64,000 nt of DNA, taken from contig CAVQPT010000021.1 of the NCBI GenBank assembly GCA_963714855.1, positions 192,030-256,029 on the forward strand, given 5' to 3'. Positions 41,067 to 53,551 of the stretch are shown here, piece after piece. Made by a program: the position numbers and the translations under genes. The DNA is from an uncultured Bacteroidota bacterium (GTDB lineage: Bacteria > Bacteroidota > Ignavibacteria > UBA10030 > UBA6906). Numbering within the stretch: the first letter of the stretch is position 1; the number at the start of each line of letters is the position of its first letter. The notes beneath the pieces are model-generated. The model ran no database searches. It saw only the letters and a list, made by a program, of their open reading frames with translations, and was not told where the DNA came from.

Positions 41067-41097
41067 AAAAGGCCCGCCCCAAGGGGCAGGCCTTTGT
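41067..41097 (-). terminator. probable intrinsic terminator between yidC and mnmE
   Basis: GC-rich imperfect 10-bp stem, GGCCCGCCCC..GGGGCAGGCC, flanked by an A4 run on one side and a T-rich run on the other. It could terminate in either direction. Confidence 0.45.
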
Positions 41098-41123
41098 CTG
41101 CACTCGCTTCCGCACACAGCGCG

Positions 41124-42923
41124 TTACTTCATCTTCGGCAGATCCTTTGTCATGCGGGCAAGAAAGCCCCCTCCCGATTTCTTTGGATCGACCTTCCGCA
41201 ACGGCTCATCCTTATGCTGGCGGTTGAACAACATCTGCTGGCCGATGGACAGCACATTGAAGACAAAGTAATAGAGGTTCAATCCCGACGGGAGGCTGTT
41301 GAAGATGAGGACCATCATGATCGGCATCATGTAGATCATGGCTTTCTGCCGCGGGTCCGTCACGGTCATCTTCTGCTGAATGAACATGGTCGCCCCCATC
41401 ACCACCGCAAGTCCGCTGACCTCGGTGATTCCGAAGAGCGGGATCGTAAAGGGAAGTGTCGCGATAACATCCGGTATGGACAGGTCAGTGATCCACCAGA
41501 TGAAGTTCGCCTGTCGCAATTCTATCGAGGCCCGGAACACCGAGTAGAGGGCAAAGAGGATCGGCATCTGGAGCAATAACGGCAAACAGCCTGATGCCGG
41601 GTTGACCCCGTACTCCTTGTACAGGTTCATCACCTGCTGGTTCATTTTCTGCGGATCATCCTTGTGCTTCTCCCGGATCTCGTTCATCAGCGGCGTCAGC
41701 GCCTGCATCCTCCGCATCCCCTTCATACTCGTCCGCGTGAGCGGATGCAGCCCGGCCTTGATGATGAGCGAGAAGAGGATGATCACCACGCCGTAGTTGG
41801 GAATAAACAACCGGAGGAACTGCATCAGCGGAAGCATCACATACTCGGCGATTGGCCTGATGATCCACGCGGCACCGAGGTTCATGGTCTGCTCCACACC
41901 CACCCCGAGTGCCTTGACGGTATCGTACTCCAGCGGGCCAAGGTACATCTCAATCGATGACCGTTCCATGGCGCCTCCCCGGAACGGCATTTTGAGCGCC
42001 ATCAGGTACGACTCTTTCACGCCATTGTTGGGCAGTATGATGTGCGTCCCTTCAAGAAACGCTCCTTCGCTCTTCGGCGAAAGCGGTATCATGGCTCCGA
42101 TAAAATACTTGTTCCGCGTTGCCACCCAGCTTGTGGCTCCGGTAATATCGCGCTGGGCTTTCTCCTCTGCTGATGTAGCATCAATCTCCGTCAGCTCACC
42201 GCCGGAATGCGCATACGCCATCGCAAAGCTTGCTTCATCGACACTATTCCGCTCCGCGTACTGCAATCCGTGCTCCCAGACGACGTGGTATTCAAAATTG
42301 GACACAACCGAATCCATCCGCTCGAACAGGAACGTTGCTCCGAACGCATAGCTTCCGTTCCGGAAGGTGAATGTTTTCACCAGCCGTCCGCCTCCCTGCA
42401 CCGGAAGGCTCAGTGAGATGGCAACGGAATCCGAATTTTCCAGTCGGACTGTCTGCCATTGGCCTCCGCTTATGTCAAAATAGAGGTCGTGTGTGTTGAT
42501 CAGCTTTCCATCGCGGGACGTAAACAGCACGCTGAGGTCTCCGCCGTGATCATAGTCCACGAGCTGCACGGGAAACCCGTCCCAGGTGTTGTAGGCATGG
42601 AGCTCCCATTTCCTGAGTACGCCCCCTTTTGTGCTCAGTTCTGCGGTGTACTGGTCGGTCACGATCTTGACAATTTTCTCTGTTCCTGTTGCGCGCGCGG
42701 CGAAGTAGCTTCCCAGCGGGCGGGCTTCCTTCTGTGTCTTCGGCTGCTCAACGGGAGGTGTCCGCACGGGCGGCTGACCCTCCTGGCGCGGGGGGGGCGC
42801 CACGCTCACGCTGTCGCGCCCTGCGGGCTGAGTGTGCGGCGGCGGGCTTTGCAGCCACATCCACGCAATCAGGACGATGCCGATGAGCACAAAACCGATC
42901 GTTGAATTTCTATCCATAACCAA
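41124..42923 (-). CDS. yidC: membrane protein insertase YidC
   Basis: 599 aa. N-terminal TM helix, large periplasmic domain, then five C-terminal TM helices. The short basic C-terminus ends in K-rich residues. Confidence 0.95.
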   Translation of the reverse strand: MVMDRNSTIGFVLIGIVLIAWMWLQSPPPHTQPAGRDSVSVAPPPRQEGQPPVRTPPVEQPKTQKEARPLGSYFAARATGTEKIVKIVTDQYTAELSTKGGVLRKWELHAYNTWDGFPVQLVDYDHGGDLSVLFTSRDGKLINTHDLYFDISGGQWQTVRLENSDSVAISLSLPVQGGGRLVKTFTFRNGSYAFGATFLFERMDSVVSNFEYHVVWEHGLQYAERNSVDEASFAMAYAHSGGELTEIDATSAEEKAQRDITGATSWVATRNKYFIGAMIPLSPKSEGAFLEGTHIILPNNGVKESYLMALKMPFRGGAMERSSIEMYLGPLEYDTVKALGVGVEQTMNLGAAWIIRPIAEYVMLPLMQFLRLFIPNYGVVIILFSLIIKAGLHPLTRTSMKGMRRMQALTPLMNEIREKHKDDPQKMNQQVMNLYKEYGVNPASGCLPLLLQMPILFALYSVFRASIELRQANFIWWITDLSIPDVIATLPFTIPLFGITEVSGLAVVMGATMFIQQKMTVTDPRQKAMIYMMPIMMVLIFNSLPSGLNLYYFVFNVLSIGQQMLFNRQHKDEPLRKVDPKKSGGGFLARMTKDLPKMK

Positions 42924-42944
42924 TCCTCGTCAGAAAAATCATCG

Positions 42945-43154
42945 TCACGCGGGATCGTACCCGCCCGGATGGAACGGATGGCATCGCCCGATGCGCTTAA
43001 GAGCGCGCCAGCTTCCGCTGAGTGCTCCGTATTTGTGCAGAGCATCGATCGCATACTGTGAGCACGTGGGAGAGAAGCGACAGGTATTCGGCGGCAGGAA
43101 CGGCGTGATCACTATCTGGTATCCTCGCACAAGGAACACAAGAACCTCACGCAT
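42945..43154 (-). CDS. yidD: membrane protein insertion efficiency factor YidD
   Basis: ~70 aa with [57 protein letters not shown], matching the YidD family. Confidence 0.8.
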   Translation of the reverse strand: MREVLVFLVRGYQIVITPFLPPNTCRFSPTCSQYAIDALHKYGALSGSWRALKRIGRCHPFHPGGYDPA

Positions 43155-43539
43155 GAGAGTGCTCTTCCACGCGTTCCTGAATTCGCTGGCAGAAGCCTGC
43201 GATTTCTGCACGGATGGGGTGGAGCGTGACTCGTTCAACGTGCGATTCCTTTCTGGGCCGGAACAGGAACACCAGATCGGCGGAAACCTTCGAGACAAGA
43301 ACCGCGGAGCGGAGAGATGGACTCTCCAGACGGTAGGCCTCACGCATTAACCGACGGAGCCGGTTGCGACGAACCGCGTGGTAGGCCCTATGGGGAACTG
43401 CATATCCGGCACGGAGCGAAGGCTGATCGGACACCTCGAGCAGAAACACGCATTGGACCAGGGTGCCGGCCAGCCTGCGGCCACGCGAAAAAACCCGGTC
43501 AAAGCTCCCATGGCCGCGGAGTGTTTCTACCTTTTTCAA
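43147..43539 (-). CDS. rnpA: ribonuclease P protein component
   Basis: 130-aa basic protein with the RNR-like motif ([16 protein letters not shown]). Positioned immediately after rpmH. Confidence 0.85.
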   Translation of the reverse strand: MKKVETLRGHGSFDRVFSRGRRLAGTLVQCVFLLEVSDQPSLRAGYAVPHRAYHAVRRNRLRRLMREAYRLESPSLRSAVLVSKVSADLVFLFRPRKESHVERVTLHPIRAEIAGFCQRIQERVEEHSHA

Positions 43540-43686
43540 CTACCGTTCGTCGCTGATCGTCAGCTTCCGCCGTCCGCGGGCGCGCCTGCGGGACAGCACG
43601 CGGCGGCCATTCTTTGTGGCCATCCGAGCCCGGAAGCCGTGCGTATTGCGGCGCTTTCTCTTGTGTGGCTGATACGTGCGCTTCAT
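43540..43686 (-). CDS. rpmH: 50S ribosomal protein L34
   Basis: Translates to [48 protein letters not shown], which is the canonical L34. Confidence 0.95.
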   Translation of the reverse strand: MKRTYQPHKRKRRNTHGFRARMATKNGRRVLSRRRARGRRKLTISDER

Positions 43687-43820
43687 GGAACCTGCCCCGA
43701 CAAGCTTGTGAATTTTAGAAAATTGGACTAAGCGTCATAAGCTATAAAAAAAACGCCACAGTTTCAACCGGGTTGAAGTGAAAATACCGAAGAAATCCCT
43801 TGCGGTGCCCCACCGGATGT

Positions 43821-44072
43821 GTTATCATCCACGTAGGTCATGTCCATGGAGCCGTGTTGATAAGTTGTGCATAACAAGCGCCCAGTCGTACTCCCGCAGG
43901 CCACGATCCACAATTGTTGACGTTCATCACCTAATAAGCGAACGAAGCTGTACAAGATGTTCCTTTGGGTGATGTTATGGCGGTTTTTGCCCAATGTGTA
44001 CTTGTTGACAACTTTGTGAAGAACGAAGAATCCAAGAGTGAATTCCACAGATGTGCACAACTCTGTGCATAA
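43821..44072 (+). promoter_or_regulatory. dnaA upstream region with DnaA boxes
   Basis: TTATGCACA (reverse complement of tgtgcataa) at 43866-43874 and 44064-44072. TTGTGCACA at 44052-44060. GATCCACAA at 43905-43913 and ATTCCACAG at 44042-44050. Confidence 0.5.
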
Positions 44073-44073
44073 A

Positions 44074-45570
44074 ATGATTGAAGATATGGACAACTCCCCA
44101 ACCGCAGATCTTTCCAGCACTAACAGGCCGGTGATCGCATCCCCACCATCGGAGCTCGAACAGGCCAGACGCGTCTGGATGGCCTGCCTCGACCTTATCA
44201 AGGAGCGGGTGAATTCCCAGAGCTTCAAGACCTGGTTCGAACCGATCCTTCCCCAGGGACTGCAGGCCGGCACGTTGACCGTACAGGTGCCCAGCCAGTT
44301 TTTCTTCGACTGGCTCGAAGAACACTATTACAGCATCATCAATTCCACGATCACGAAGGTGCTTGGACCGGATGCGCGGCTCGACTACGCCATCCGGACA
44401 GATGAAACTCTGTTGGAGCTCGAGTACACGCCGGAAACTGCTCTCCCGGCCCGTCCGACGCAGCAGGCGGTTCCCTCGCCCCCGCCCGTCCCGTCGCGAC
44501 TCTCGGCACCGCCGCCGGCACCAACGGTCAATTTTCCGAACTTCCTGAATCCGCGCTATACCTTCGAGAACTTCATCAAGGGAGACAGCAATCAGCTCGC
44601 GAGGGCAGCGGCATCTGCCGTCGCCAATAATCCCGGCGGCACGTCATTCAACCCCCTCGTGATTTACGGAGGAACCGGCCTGGGCAAGACGCACTTGATG
44701 CAGGCCATCGGAAACCACGTCATTGCCACGCGCAAAGCCAAGCGCGTCATGTACGTCTCGAGCGAAAAATTCACCGTCGAATTCGTCGAGGCCATCCAGA
44801 GCGATCGCATCAGCGACTTTTCCAACTTCTACCGGAGCATGGACCTTCTGATTGTCGACGATATTCAATTCTTCTCCGGTAAGGAAAAAACCCAGGACAA
44901 CTTCTTCCATACGTTCAACGAGCTGCATCAACTGGGCAAACAGATCGTCCTTTCCTCCGACCGCCCCCCCAAGGAGCTCAAAGGCCTGGACGACCGGCTT
45001 CTCTCCCGGTTCCAATGGGGCCTGACGTCGGACATTCAGCCTCCGGATCTTGAAACTCGCATTGCCATTCTCCGCAAGAAGAGCGAAACGGACGGCATTG
45101 ACCTCCCGCAGGACGTGGTTGATTTCATTGCAGCCAACGTCACAAGCAACATCCGCGAACTTGAAGGGTGCCTTATCAGCCTGCTTGCGCGAGCGTCCCT
45201 CGAGGGGAGGGAAATTACGCTCGACCTCGCCAGGGACGTGCTCAAAGTCGTCGTGGGTGATGTCCGCTCTCCAATTACCATCGAAACAATACAGCGAACT
45301 GTCTGTGATTATTTCAATGTTCCGGAAGACCTCCTTCGGGCAAAGACGCGCAAACAGGAAATCGTCAATGCACGGCAGATTGCCATGTACCTTGCAAAGG
45401 AATTAACCAACGCCTCCCTGAAGACCATCGGCCTTCACTTCGGAGGACGGGATCACAGTACTGTCATTCATGCCTATCAATCCGTGGAAGACCAGATGCG
45501 TGTCGACGGCAAATATCAAACTCATGTACAACAGGTAAAGCGGCGCCTTCAGCTTCTCGGCCATGTCTAA
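44074..45570 (+). CDS. dnaA: chromosomal replication initiator protein DnaA
   Basis: AAA+ Walker A GGTGLGKTHL, a sensor/DnaA signature, and a C-terminal HTH. The start was moved downstream of the ORF-track start because DnaA boxes lie within 44042-44072. Confidence 0.93.
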   Translation: MIEDMDNSPTADLSSTNRPVIASPPSELEQARRVWMACLDLIKERVNSQSFKTWFEPILPQGLQAGTLTVQVPSQFFFDWLEEHYYSIINSTITKVLGPDARLDYAIRTDETLLELEYTPETALPARPTQQAVPSPPPVPSRLSAPPPAPTVNFPNFLNPRYTFENFIKGDSNQLARAAASAVANNPGGTSFNPLVIYGGTGLGKTHLMQAIGNHVIATRKAKRVMYVSSEKFTVEFVEAIQSDRISDFSNFYRSMDLLIVDDIQFFSGKEKTQDNFFHTFNELHQLGKQIVLSSDRPPKELKGLDDRLLSRFQWGLTSDIQPPDLETRIAILRKKSETDGIDLPQDVVDFIAANVTSNIRELEGCLISLLARASLEGREITLDLARDVLKVVVGDVRSPITIETIQRTVCDYFNVPEDLLRAKTRKQEIVNARQIAMYLAKELTNASLKTIGLHFGGRDHSTVIHAYQSVEDQMRVDGKYQTHVQQVKRRLQLLGHV

Positions 45571-45916
45571 GAGTATCACCATTTCGTGTTCTGTCTCTCC
45601 CGTGTGTGGAAAGCGTGGGCAAAAACCTGTGCAAACATTGTTCTATCCGGTTTTTTCGCGGTGTATTATTCCTTATGAGTCTTCTTCTTTCGTTCTTTTT
45701 CTTTGTTCATGTGCATAACAAAGCTCATCATTCACACCGGTTCGGTTCAGACTCTCCTTCATCGGAACGTCGTTTTCTTCAGTCTCCCAACTGTCTTTCA
45801 TCATCATTTTTTCTTTTGTCAACATATTCACACCATCTATAAGTATTCTTATATGTATATATAGGTAGAATGGATTATTATAGTAATAATGCGTATATTT
45901 ACCGAGATAGAGAATA
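45571..45916 (+). promoter_or_regulatory. candidate oriC in the dnaA-dnaN intergenic region
   Basis: Sharp AT-rich island in a GC-rich genome (tatatgtatatataggtagaatggattattatagtaataatgcgtatattt, ~45840-45900), a candidate DNA unwinding element. A TTATGCACA box lies at 45710-45718 plus weaker boxes TTTCCACAC and TTATCATCC. Confidence 0.5.
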
Positions 45917-45955
45917 TTGGACCCGGATTTTATCATCCCTCCCAAGGAGATCACG

Positions 45956-47071
45956 ATGAAATTTACAGTCGGCACTTCGGACCTCCAGCGCATACTGGCA
46001 AAGCTTGGCGGTGTTGTTCCTGCCAAATCGCCAATGCCTATCTTGGAAACATTTCTTTTTGACCTTTCCAATTCGACTCTGAGTATAACGGCGACAGACC
46101 AGATGATTTCGTCCACAATGATTCTGGAGGTAACGGGATCAGAGGACGGAAAAATTGCCATTCCTGCAAAACGCCTCAGTGATACCATCCGATCTCTTCC
46201 GGTGACGGATGCAACATTTACAATCGACATTCAATCGAGCAAAATACGAATTGTCACACCGAACGGGGAATATATACTCACGGGTGAGCCGGCAAAGGAA
46301 TATCCGGTTGTTCCCCCATTCAAGGGAACGACAGGTATAGTTCTTGACAGTTCGATATTCCGAAAACTCATACACCGGACCTCGTTTGCTGTGAGTATAG
46401 ATGAACTGCGACCCGCGATGATGGGAATTCTCCTCCAGGCACACGGTCCGGAATTACGCGCCGTTGCAACCGACGGACACCGTCTGTCTCGTTTTGTGTA
46501 CACGTCGAAGGATCCTGTCACGCTCAGCCGTGATCTCATCATTCCTGCAAAGGCCATGGGCATACTGCTCAAAGCGCTTGAAACAGGCACATGCACTATG
46601 AGCACGAGCGATACACACGTACGATTTCAATTTGATCAGACAGTATTGGTTTCGCGCCTGATAGAAGAAACCTATCCGAATTATGAAAGTGTCATCCCGG
46701 CTGACAACACGCGGGCCCTGACGATCAACCGTGATCAGTTGATAGGATCGATCCGACGGGTTGCCCTGTACGCCAATGCCAGCACCCACCAGGTGCGCCT
46801 TGATCTCGCGTCAAATGCCTTGAAAATCAGCGCACAGGATGTGGATTTCGGGGGAGAGGCATTCGAGACGCTCCCATGTCTGTACAGTGCTGAGGCTCTT
46901 GAAATAGGGTTCAACGCCATGTATCTTGTAGACATTCTTTCGCATCTCGACGGCGATCAGATCGTGATGAAATTCGGCACGCCCACGCGGGCCGGAATAG
47001 TTTCACCGGCCGACTCGCCGGCCAATGAAGATAGTCTGATGTTGATCATGCCGGTGAGAATCAATACCTGA
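45956..47071 (+). CDS. dnaN: DNA polymerase III beta sliding clamp
   Basis: Start MKFTVGTSDL preceded by an AAGGAGA RBS. Three-domain beta-clamp of ~370 aa. Confidence 0.95.
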   Translation: MKFTVGTSDLQRILAKLGGVVPAKSPMPILETFLFDLSNSTLSITATDQMISSTMILEVTGSEDGKIAIPAKRLSDTIRSLPVTDATFTIDIQSSKIRIVTPNGEYILTGEPAKEYPVVPPFKGTTGIVLDSSIFRKLIHRTSFAVSIDELRPAMMGILLQAHGPELRAVATDGHRLSRFVYTSKDPVTLSRDLIIPAKAMGILLKALETGTCTMSTSDTHVRFQFDQTVLVSRLIEETYPNYESVIPADNTRALTINRDQLIGSIRRVALYANASTHQVRLDLASNALKISAQDVDFGGEAFETLPCLYSAEALEIGFNAMYLVDILSHLDGDQIVMKFGTPTRAGIVSPADSPANEDSLMLIMPVRINT

Positions 47072-47169
47072 ACGCCAGTGATGAAGCCCGGATGCCGTCC
47101 AATCACTGTGTGTAAACACGGGAGCCCCGCCAAAAGCGGGGCTGCCGTATTCTAAGAAGGCTGTTTCCG

Positions 47170-48306
47170 ATGCGCCTGCTCGAGCTCCGGCTGACGCAAT
47201 TTCGCAATCATGCGCAGACGGCCCTGCACTTCGGCGACGGGATCAACGCGCTGGTTGGAAATAACGGCCAGGGAAAGACGAACATCCTCGAGGCGGTTTC
47301 GTATCTGAGCCTCGGAAAGAGTTTCTTTGGTGCGGCCGACCAGCAAGCGCTCATGAACGGCGGCAGATTCTTTGACATCAGAGGCGTGTTTGTCGATGAC
47401 GCAGGACGAACATCCGACGTTCACGTCGTCTTCGACAGTATGGCGGGAGAGAAGGGGATTACGGTCAACGGAACGCGCCTGGAGAAGATCTCCGGTGTCG
47501 TCGGCGAGTATCCGGCAGTCATTCTTTCGCCGGAACATGGCGGTATCATCGCGGCCGGGCCGGCAGAGCGTCGCAAGTTTCTGGACATCGTGCTGTGCCA
47601 GACCAGTCCATCGTATCTCGAGGACCTGCAGGAATACCGCAGGGTTCTGCGGCAGCGGAATCGTCTCCTGCTCGACGCACGTTTAAGCGGCCGCATCTCC
47701 ACCGACGCCCTGGAACCCTGGACACAGTCACTGGTAGTAATTGGGAGCCGCATTCTGCACCGGAGGATGTCCTTTATCGAAGAAATCCGGCCAACGCTCA
47801 TCGCGGCGTACGCAGAGATTGCCGGTGCGCCGGAGGAGCTGACTGTACAGTATGTCACCGTTCCCGGGATCGTGCCCGGGATTGCTGTGGGAGAGATTGC
47901 GGGAGTTCTGGGGACGACGCTGGCGGCACGCCGGACAGAAGAGCTCCGGCGGGGGGCATCGGCCTCAGGTCCGCATCGCGACGACATGGCATTCTCAGTG
48001 CGGGGCATGAACGCACAGACATTCGCCTCCCAGGGGGAACAGAAGACGCTGCTGGTTGCTCTGAAGCTCGCCGAGCACCGGTATGTGTGCGATGTGCGGA
48101 ACGAGCGTCCGGTGCTGCTGCTGGACGATGTGTTCGCTGAATTGGATCCGTCTCGGGCGGAACGCGTGCTCAGCCGTCTGCGTGATGAGAGCCAGGTCGT
48201 CATCACTGCGACAGATGAGGGGGTGTTCGCACAGAGTGTCCCGTGGAACAGCCATCACCGGAGATTTGTGATTGAACGCGGCACGTGCACGGCGCAGCAC
48301 GCGTAA
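47170..48306 (+). CDS. recF: DNA replication and repair protein RecF
   Basis: N-terminus MRLLELRLTQFRNH. Walker A GNNGQGKTNILEAV and an SMC-like signature and Walker B (LLLDDVFAELD). Confidence 0.95.
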   Translation: MRLLELRLTQFRNHAQTALHFGDGINALVGNNGQGKTNILEAVSYLSLGKSFFGAADQQALMNGGRFFDIRGVFVDDAGRTSDVHVVFDSMAGEKGITVNGTRLEKISGVVGEYPAVILSPEHGGIIAAGPAERRKFLDIVLCQTSPSYLEDLQEYRRVLRQRNRLLLDARLSGRISTDALEPWTQSLVVIGSRILHRRMSFIEEIRPTLIAAYAEIAGAPEELTVQYVTVPGIVPGIAVGEIAGVLGTTLAARRTEELRRGASASGPHRDDMAFSVRGMNAQTFASQGEQKTLLVALKLAEHRYVCDVRNERPVLLLDDVFAELDPSRAERVLSRLRDESQVVITATDEGVFAQSVPWNSHHRRFVIERGTCTAQHA

Positions 48307-48604
48307 GGGCACCAAGGCGAAGAAGCAACCGGTTGCCGTTGCACAGGCCCTGGAGGAATTTGCCGTGGCCCTGGGGATTGATGCCACGCTGCGGCGGTAC
48401 GCGGTACTGACGGAATGGGAAGTGATTGTGGGAGAACAAATCGCCCGTGTGACGAAACCGCAACGCGTGGAAAGCGGCATTCTGTATGTCGGTGTGGCCA
48501 GCGCACCATGGCGCGCAGAACTGACCCTTCAACGCAGAGAGATCATCCGCAAGGTCAATGATGCTATCGGTACGAATGTGATTAAGGATATCCGGTTCCG
48601 CTAA
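48272..48604 (+). CDS. DUF721 (DciA-like) protein
   Basis: ~110 aa in the canonical recF-gyrB slot. The DUF721-like core is AVLTEWEVIVGEQIARVTKPQRVESGILYVGVASAPWRAELTLQRREIIRKVN. The start codon is uncertain (TTG overlapping recF, or a downstream GTG). Confidence 0.6.
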   Translation: MNAARARRSTRKGTKAKKQPVAVAQALEEFAVALGIDATLRRYAVLTEWEVIVGEQIARVTKPQRVESGILYVGVASAPWRAELTLQRREIIRKVNDAIGTNVIKDIRFR

Positions 48605-48674
48605 CAGCGATCCGGCTGCTGCCCACCCGGCAGCAGAAGAGCACAGAGGTATCAGAGATCAGTAAGGAGTCTGA

Positions 48675-50744
<2,070 letters not shown>

Positions 50745-50775
50745 TCGCTGACAGCGACAAAGGATTAGATACGGT

Positions 50776-53551
50776 ATGGCAACGCTGAACGAGAAGATCG
50801 TCCCCGTCGATATCGAAGACGAGATGAAGGGATCGTACATCGACTACTCGATGTCGGTCATCGTTTCGCGGGCTCTGCCGGACGTCCGCGATGGCCTCAA
50901 GCCGGTTCACCGGCGCGTGCTCTATGGCATGCACGATCTTGGCCTCGCGTCCAACCCGCCCGTACAAGAAATCCGCCCGAATCGTCGGCGAGGTGCTTGG
51001 GAAATACCACCCCCATGGTGATAGCGCTGTGTACGATACCATGGTCCGGATGGCGCAGGAATTCTCCATGCGCTATCCACTCGTGGACGGACAGGGAAAC
51101 TTCGGGTCGGTCGACGGTGATTCGGCCGCGGCCATGCGGTACACCGAGGCGCGACTGACACGCATCGCCGAGGAGATGCTGCGCGATCTTGAGAAGAACA
51201 CCGTCGATTTCGTCCCGAACTTTGACGAGACGCTGACGGAGCCGTCGGTGCTTGCCGTCGCTGGTCCCCAATTTGCTGATCAACGGCTCAAGCGGTATCG
51301 CCGTCGGCATGGCCACAAATATCCCGCCACACAATCTCTCGGAAATGATCGACGGATGCATCGCGCTCATCGAAGAGCGACGATCACGACCGAAAAACTG
51401 ATGAAGATCGTCAAGGCACCGGACTTCCCGACAGGCGGTATCATTTACGGGTATGATGGTGTCCGCCAGGCGTACATCACGGGGCGCGGGACGACATCGT
51501 GGTACGCGCACGCGCGAGCGATCGAGACCGGAAAGAGTGATCGCCAGAGCATCGTGCGTCACGGAGATCCCGTACCAGGTGAACAAGGCCAACCTCATCG
51601 AGAAGATCGCCGACATGGTCAACGACAAGAAACTTGACGATATCTCCGACATCCGGGACGAGTCGGATCGGGACGGCCTGCGAGTCGTGATCGAGCTTCG
51701 GCGCGATGCAAATGCGGACGTGATTCTCAACAATCTGTTACAAGCATACGCAGATGCAGACCACCTTCGGCGTGAACATGCTTGGCCCTGGTCGACGGGC
51801 GCCCGCAGGGTCCTGACGCTCGCAGGAGATGATCGCAGCACTTCATCGCCCACCGGAACGAAGTGGTCGTCCGCCGATCGAAGTATGAGCTTGACGAAGC
51901 GGAAAAACGCGCGCATATCCTCGAAGGCTACATCATCGCGCTGGATAACATCGATGCGATTATCAAGCTGATCAAGGCCTCGCGCGATGTCGAGACGGCC
52001 AGACTCGGACTCATGAAGAAGTTCAAGCTCTCCGAGATCCAGGCCAAAGGCGATCCTGGATATGCGCCTGCAGCGCCTGACAGGGCTGGAGCGAAAGAAG
52101 ATCGAGGACGAGTACCGCGAAACGATCAAGCTGATCGAACGCCTGAAAGCGATCCTGAAGAACAAGCAGCTCCAGTTGCAGATTATCAAGGATGAGCTGC
52201 TGCAGATCAAAGAAAAGTACGGCGATGAGCGGCGAACGGAAATCGTCTATAAAGCCGAAGAGTTCAGCATCGAGGACATGATCGCTGAAGAACAGGTTGT
52301 GATCACCATCAGCCACAACGGCTTCGTGAAGCGTTTCCCGGTCAGCGGCTACCGGCGTCAGTCGCGCGGCGGCCGGGGAAGCATGGGAGCAAGCAACACG
52401 GGAAGACGACTTCATCGAAGCGATGTTCATCGCCTCGACGCATGACTATATCCTGCTGTTTACCGACCAGGGGCGCTGCTACTGGCTCAAGGTCTTTGAG
52501 ATCCCGGAAGGCGGAAGAGCGACCCGGGGCAAATCGGTTGCCAACCTGATCTCCAAGGAGACCAGCGAGACCATCGTATCGTATGTGGCGGTCAAGACGT
52601 TCGACGCGCCGCTCAACGTCTTCATGGCCACGGAAAAGGGCGTGATCAAGAAGACTGCTCTCGGAGATTTCAGCAATCCACGGAAGAGCGGTGTCGGCGC
52701 GATCGGGCTCAAAAAGAACGACCGCCTGGTCGATGTCCACCTTACTGACGGGAAGCAGGACGTGGTGATCGGCACGGCCGAGGGCATGGCCATCCGCTTC
52801 GGCGAACATGAGGTCAGGACTATGGGCCGCACGGCAAGCGGCGTGCGCGGCATCCGCCTCGGCAAAAAAGACACCGTCATCGGCGCGGTGGTCCTTCGCC
52901 GCGCGGGCACGACGATTCTTGTCGCGACGGAAAAAGGATTCGGCAAGAGGAGCGAAACAGAAGAGTACCGTATCAGTCACCGTGGCGGTAAGGGGATCTT
53001 TACCGTGAAGACCACCGACAAGACGGGGCACATGGTGGCCATCAAGGAGGTGATGGAGAACGACGATGTGGTTATCGTCACAAGCCGCGGTGTGGTGATC
53101 CGCCAGCATGCAGCCGATATCCGCCTTGCAGGGCGGAACACCCAGGGCGTACGCCTCATCAAGCTGGATGCAGGCGACTCCGTGTCCGATGTCGCGTCAG
53201 TCCCGGCCGAAGACGAAGAGCCGACAAACGGCAACGGTACCAAGACCGGAGCCCCCGGGGGTGCTGACGAAGACCCAGAAAAGCAGATTGACCTGTTCAC
53301 CGGAGACGAAAAAAAAAAGGTGAGGGGGAAGCAGGCGGTGAAGGCGCAGACGAAAGGAGCTGAGAGGAAATCTCAACAAACCTGCCGGGAAAAGGCTGCG
53401 GACGAAACCCGCCGGGAAGAAATCTCCTGAAAAGAAACCTGTGGAGCAGAAACCCGCCAGGAAGAAACCGGCGGGAAAGAAACCGCCACAGAAGAAACGC
53501 CCGGCACCGAAGAAGCCAGCCGGGAAACCGGTGAAAAAGAAGAAACGCTAG
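50776..53551 (+). pseudogene. gyrA: DNA gyrase subunit A, split by about 10 frameshifts, with a KPAGK-repeat lysine-rich C-terminal tail
   Basis: GyrA peptides appear in alternating frames. [13 protein letters not shown] is in the 50776 frame, [52 protein letters not shown] in 50891, [23 protein letters not shown] in a third frame, and [26 protein letters not shown] in 51453. The C-terminal beta-pinwheel lies in 52423..53430, followed by a frame carrying KPAGKKSPEKKPVEQKPARKKPAGKKPPQKKRPAPKKPAGKPVKKKKR. Confidence 0.9.
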
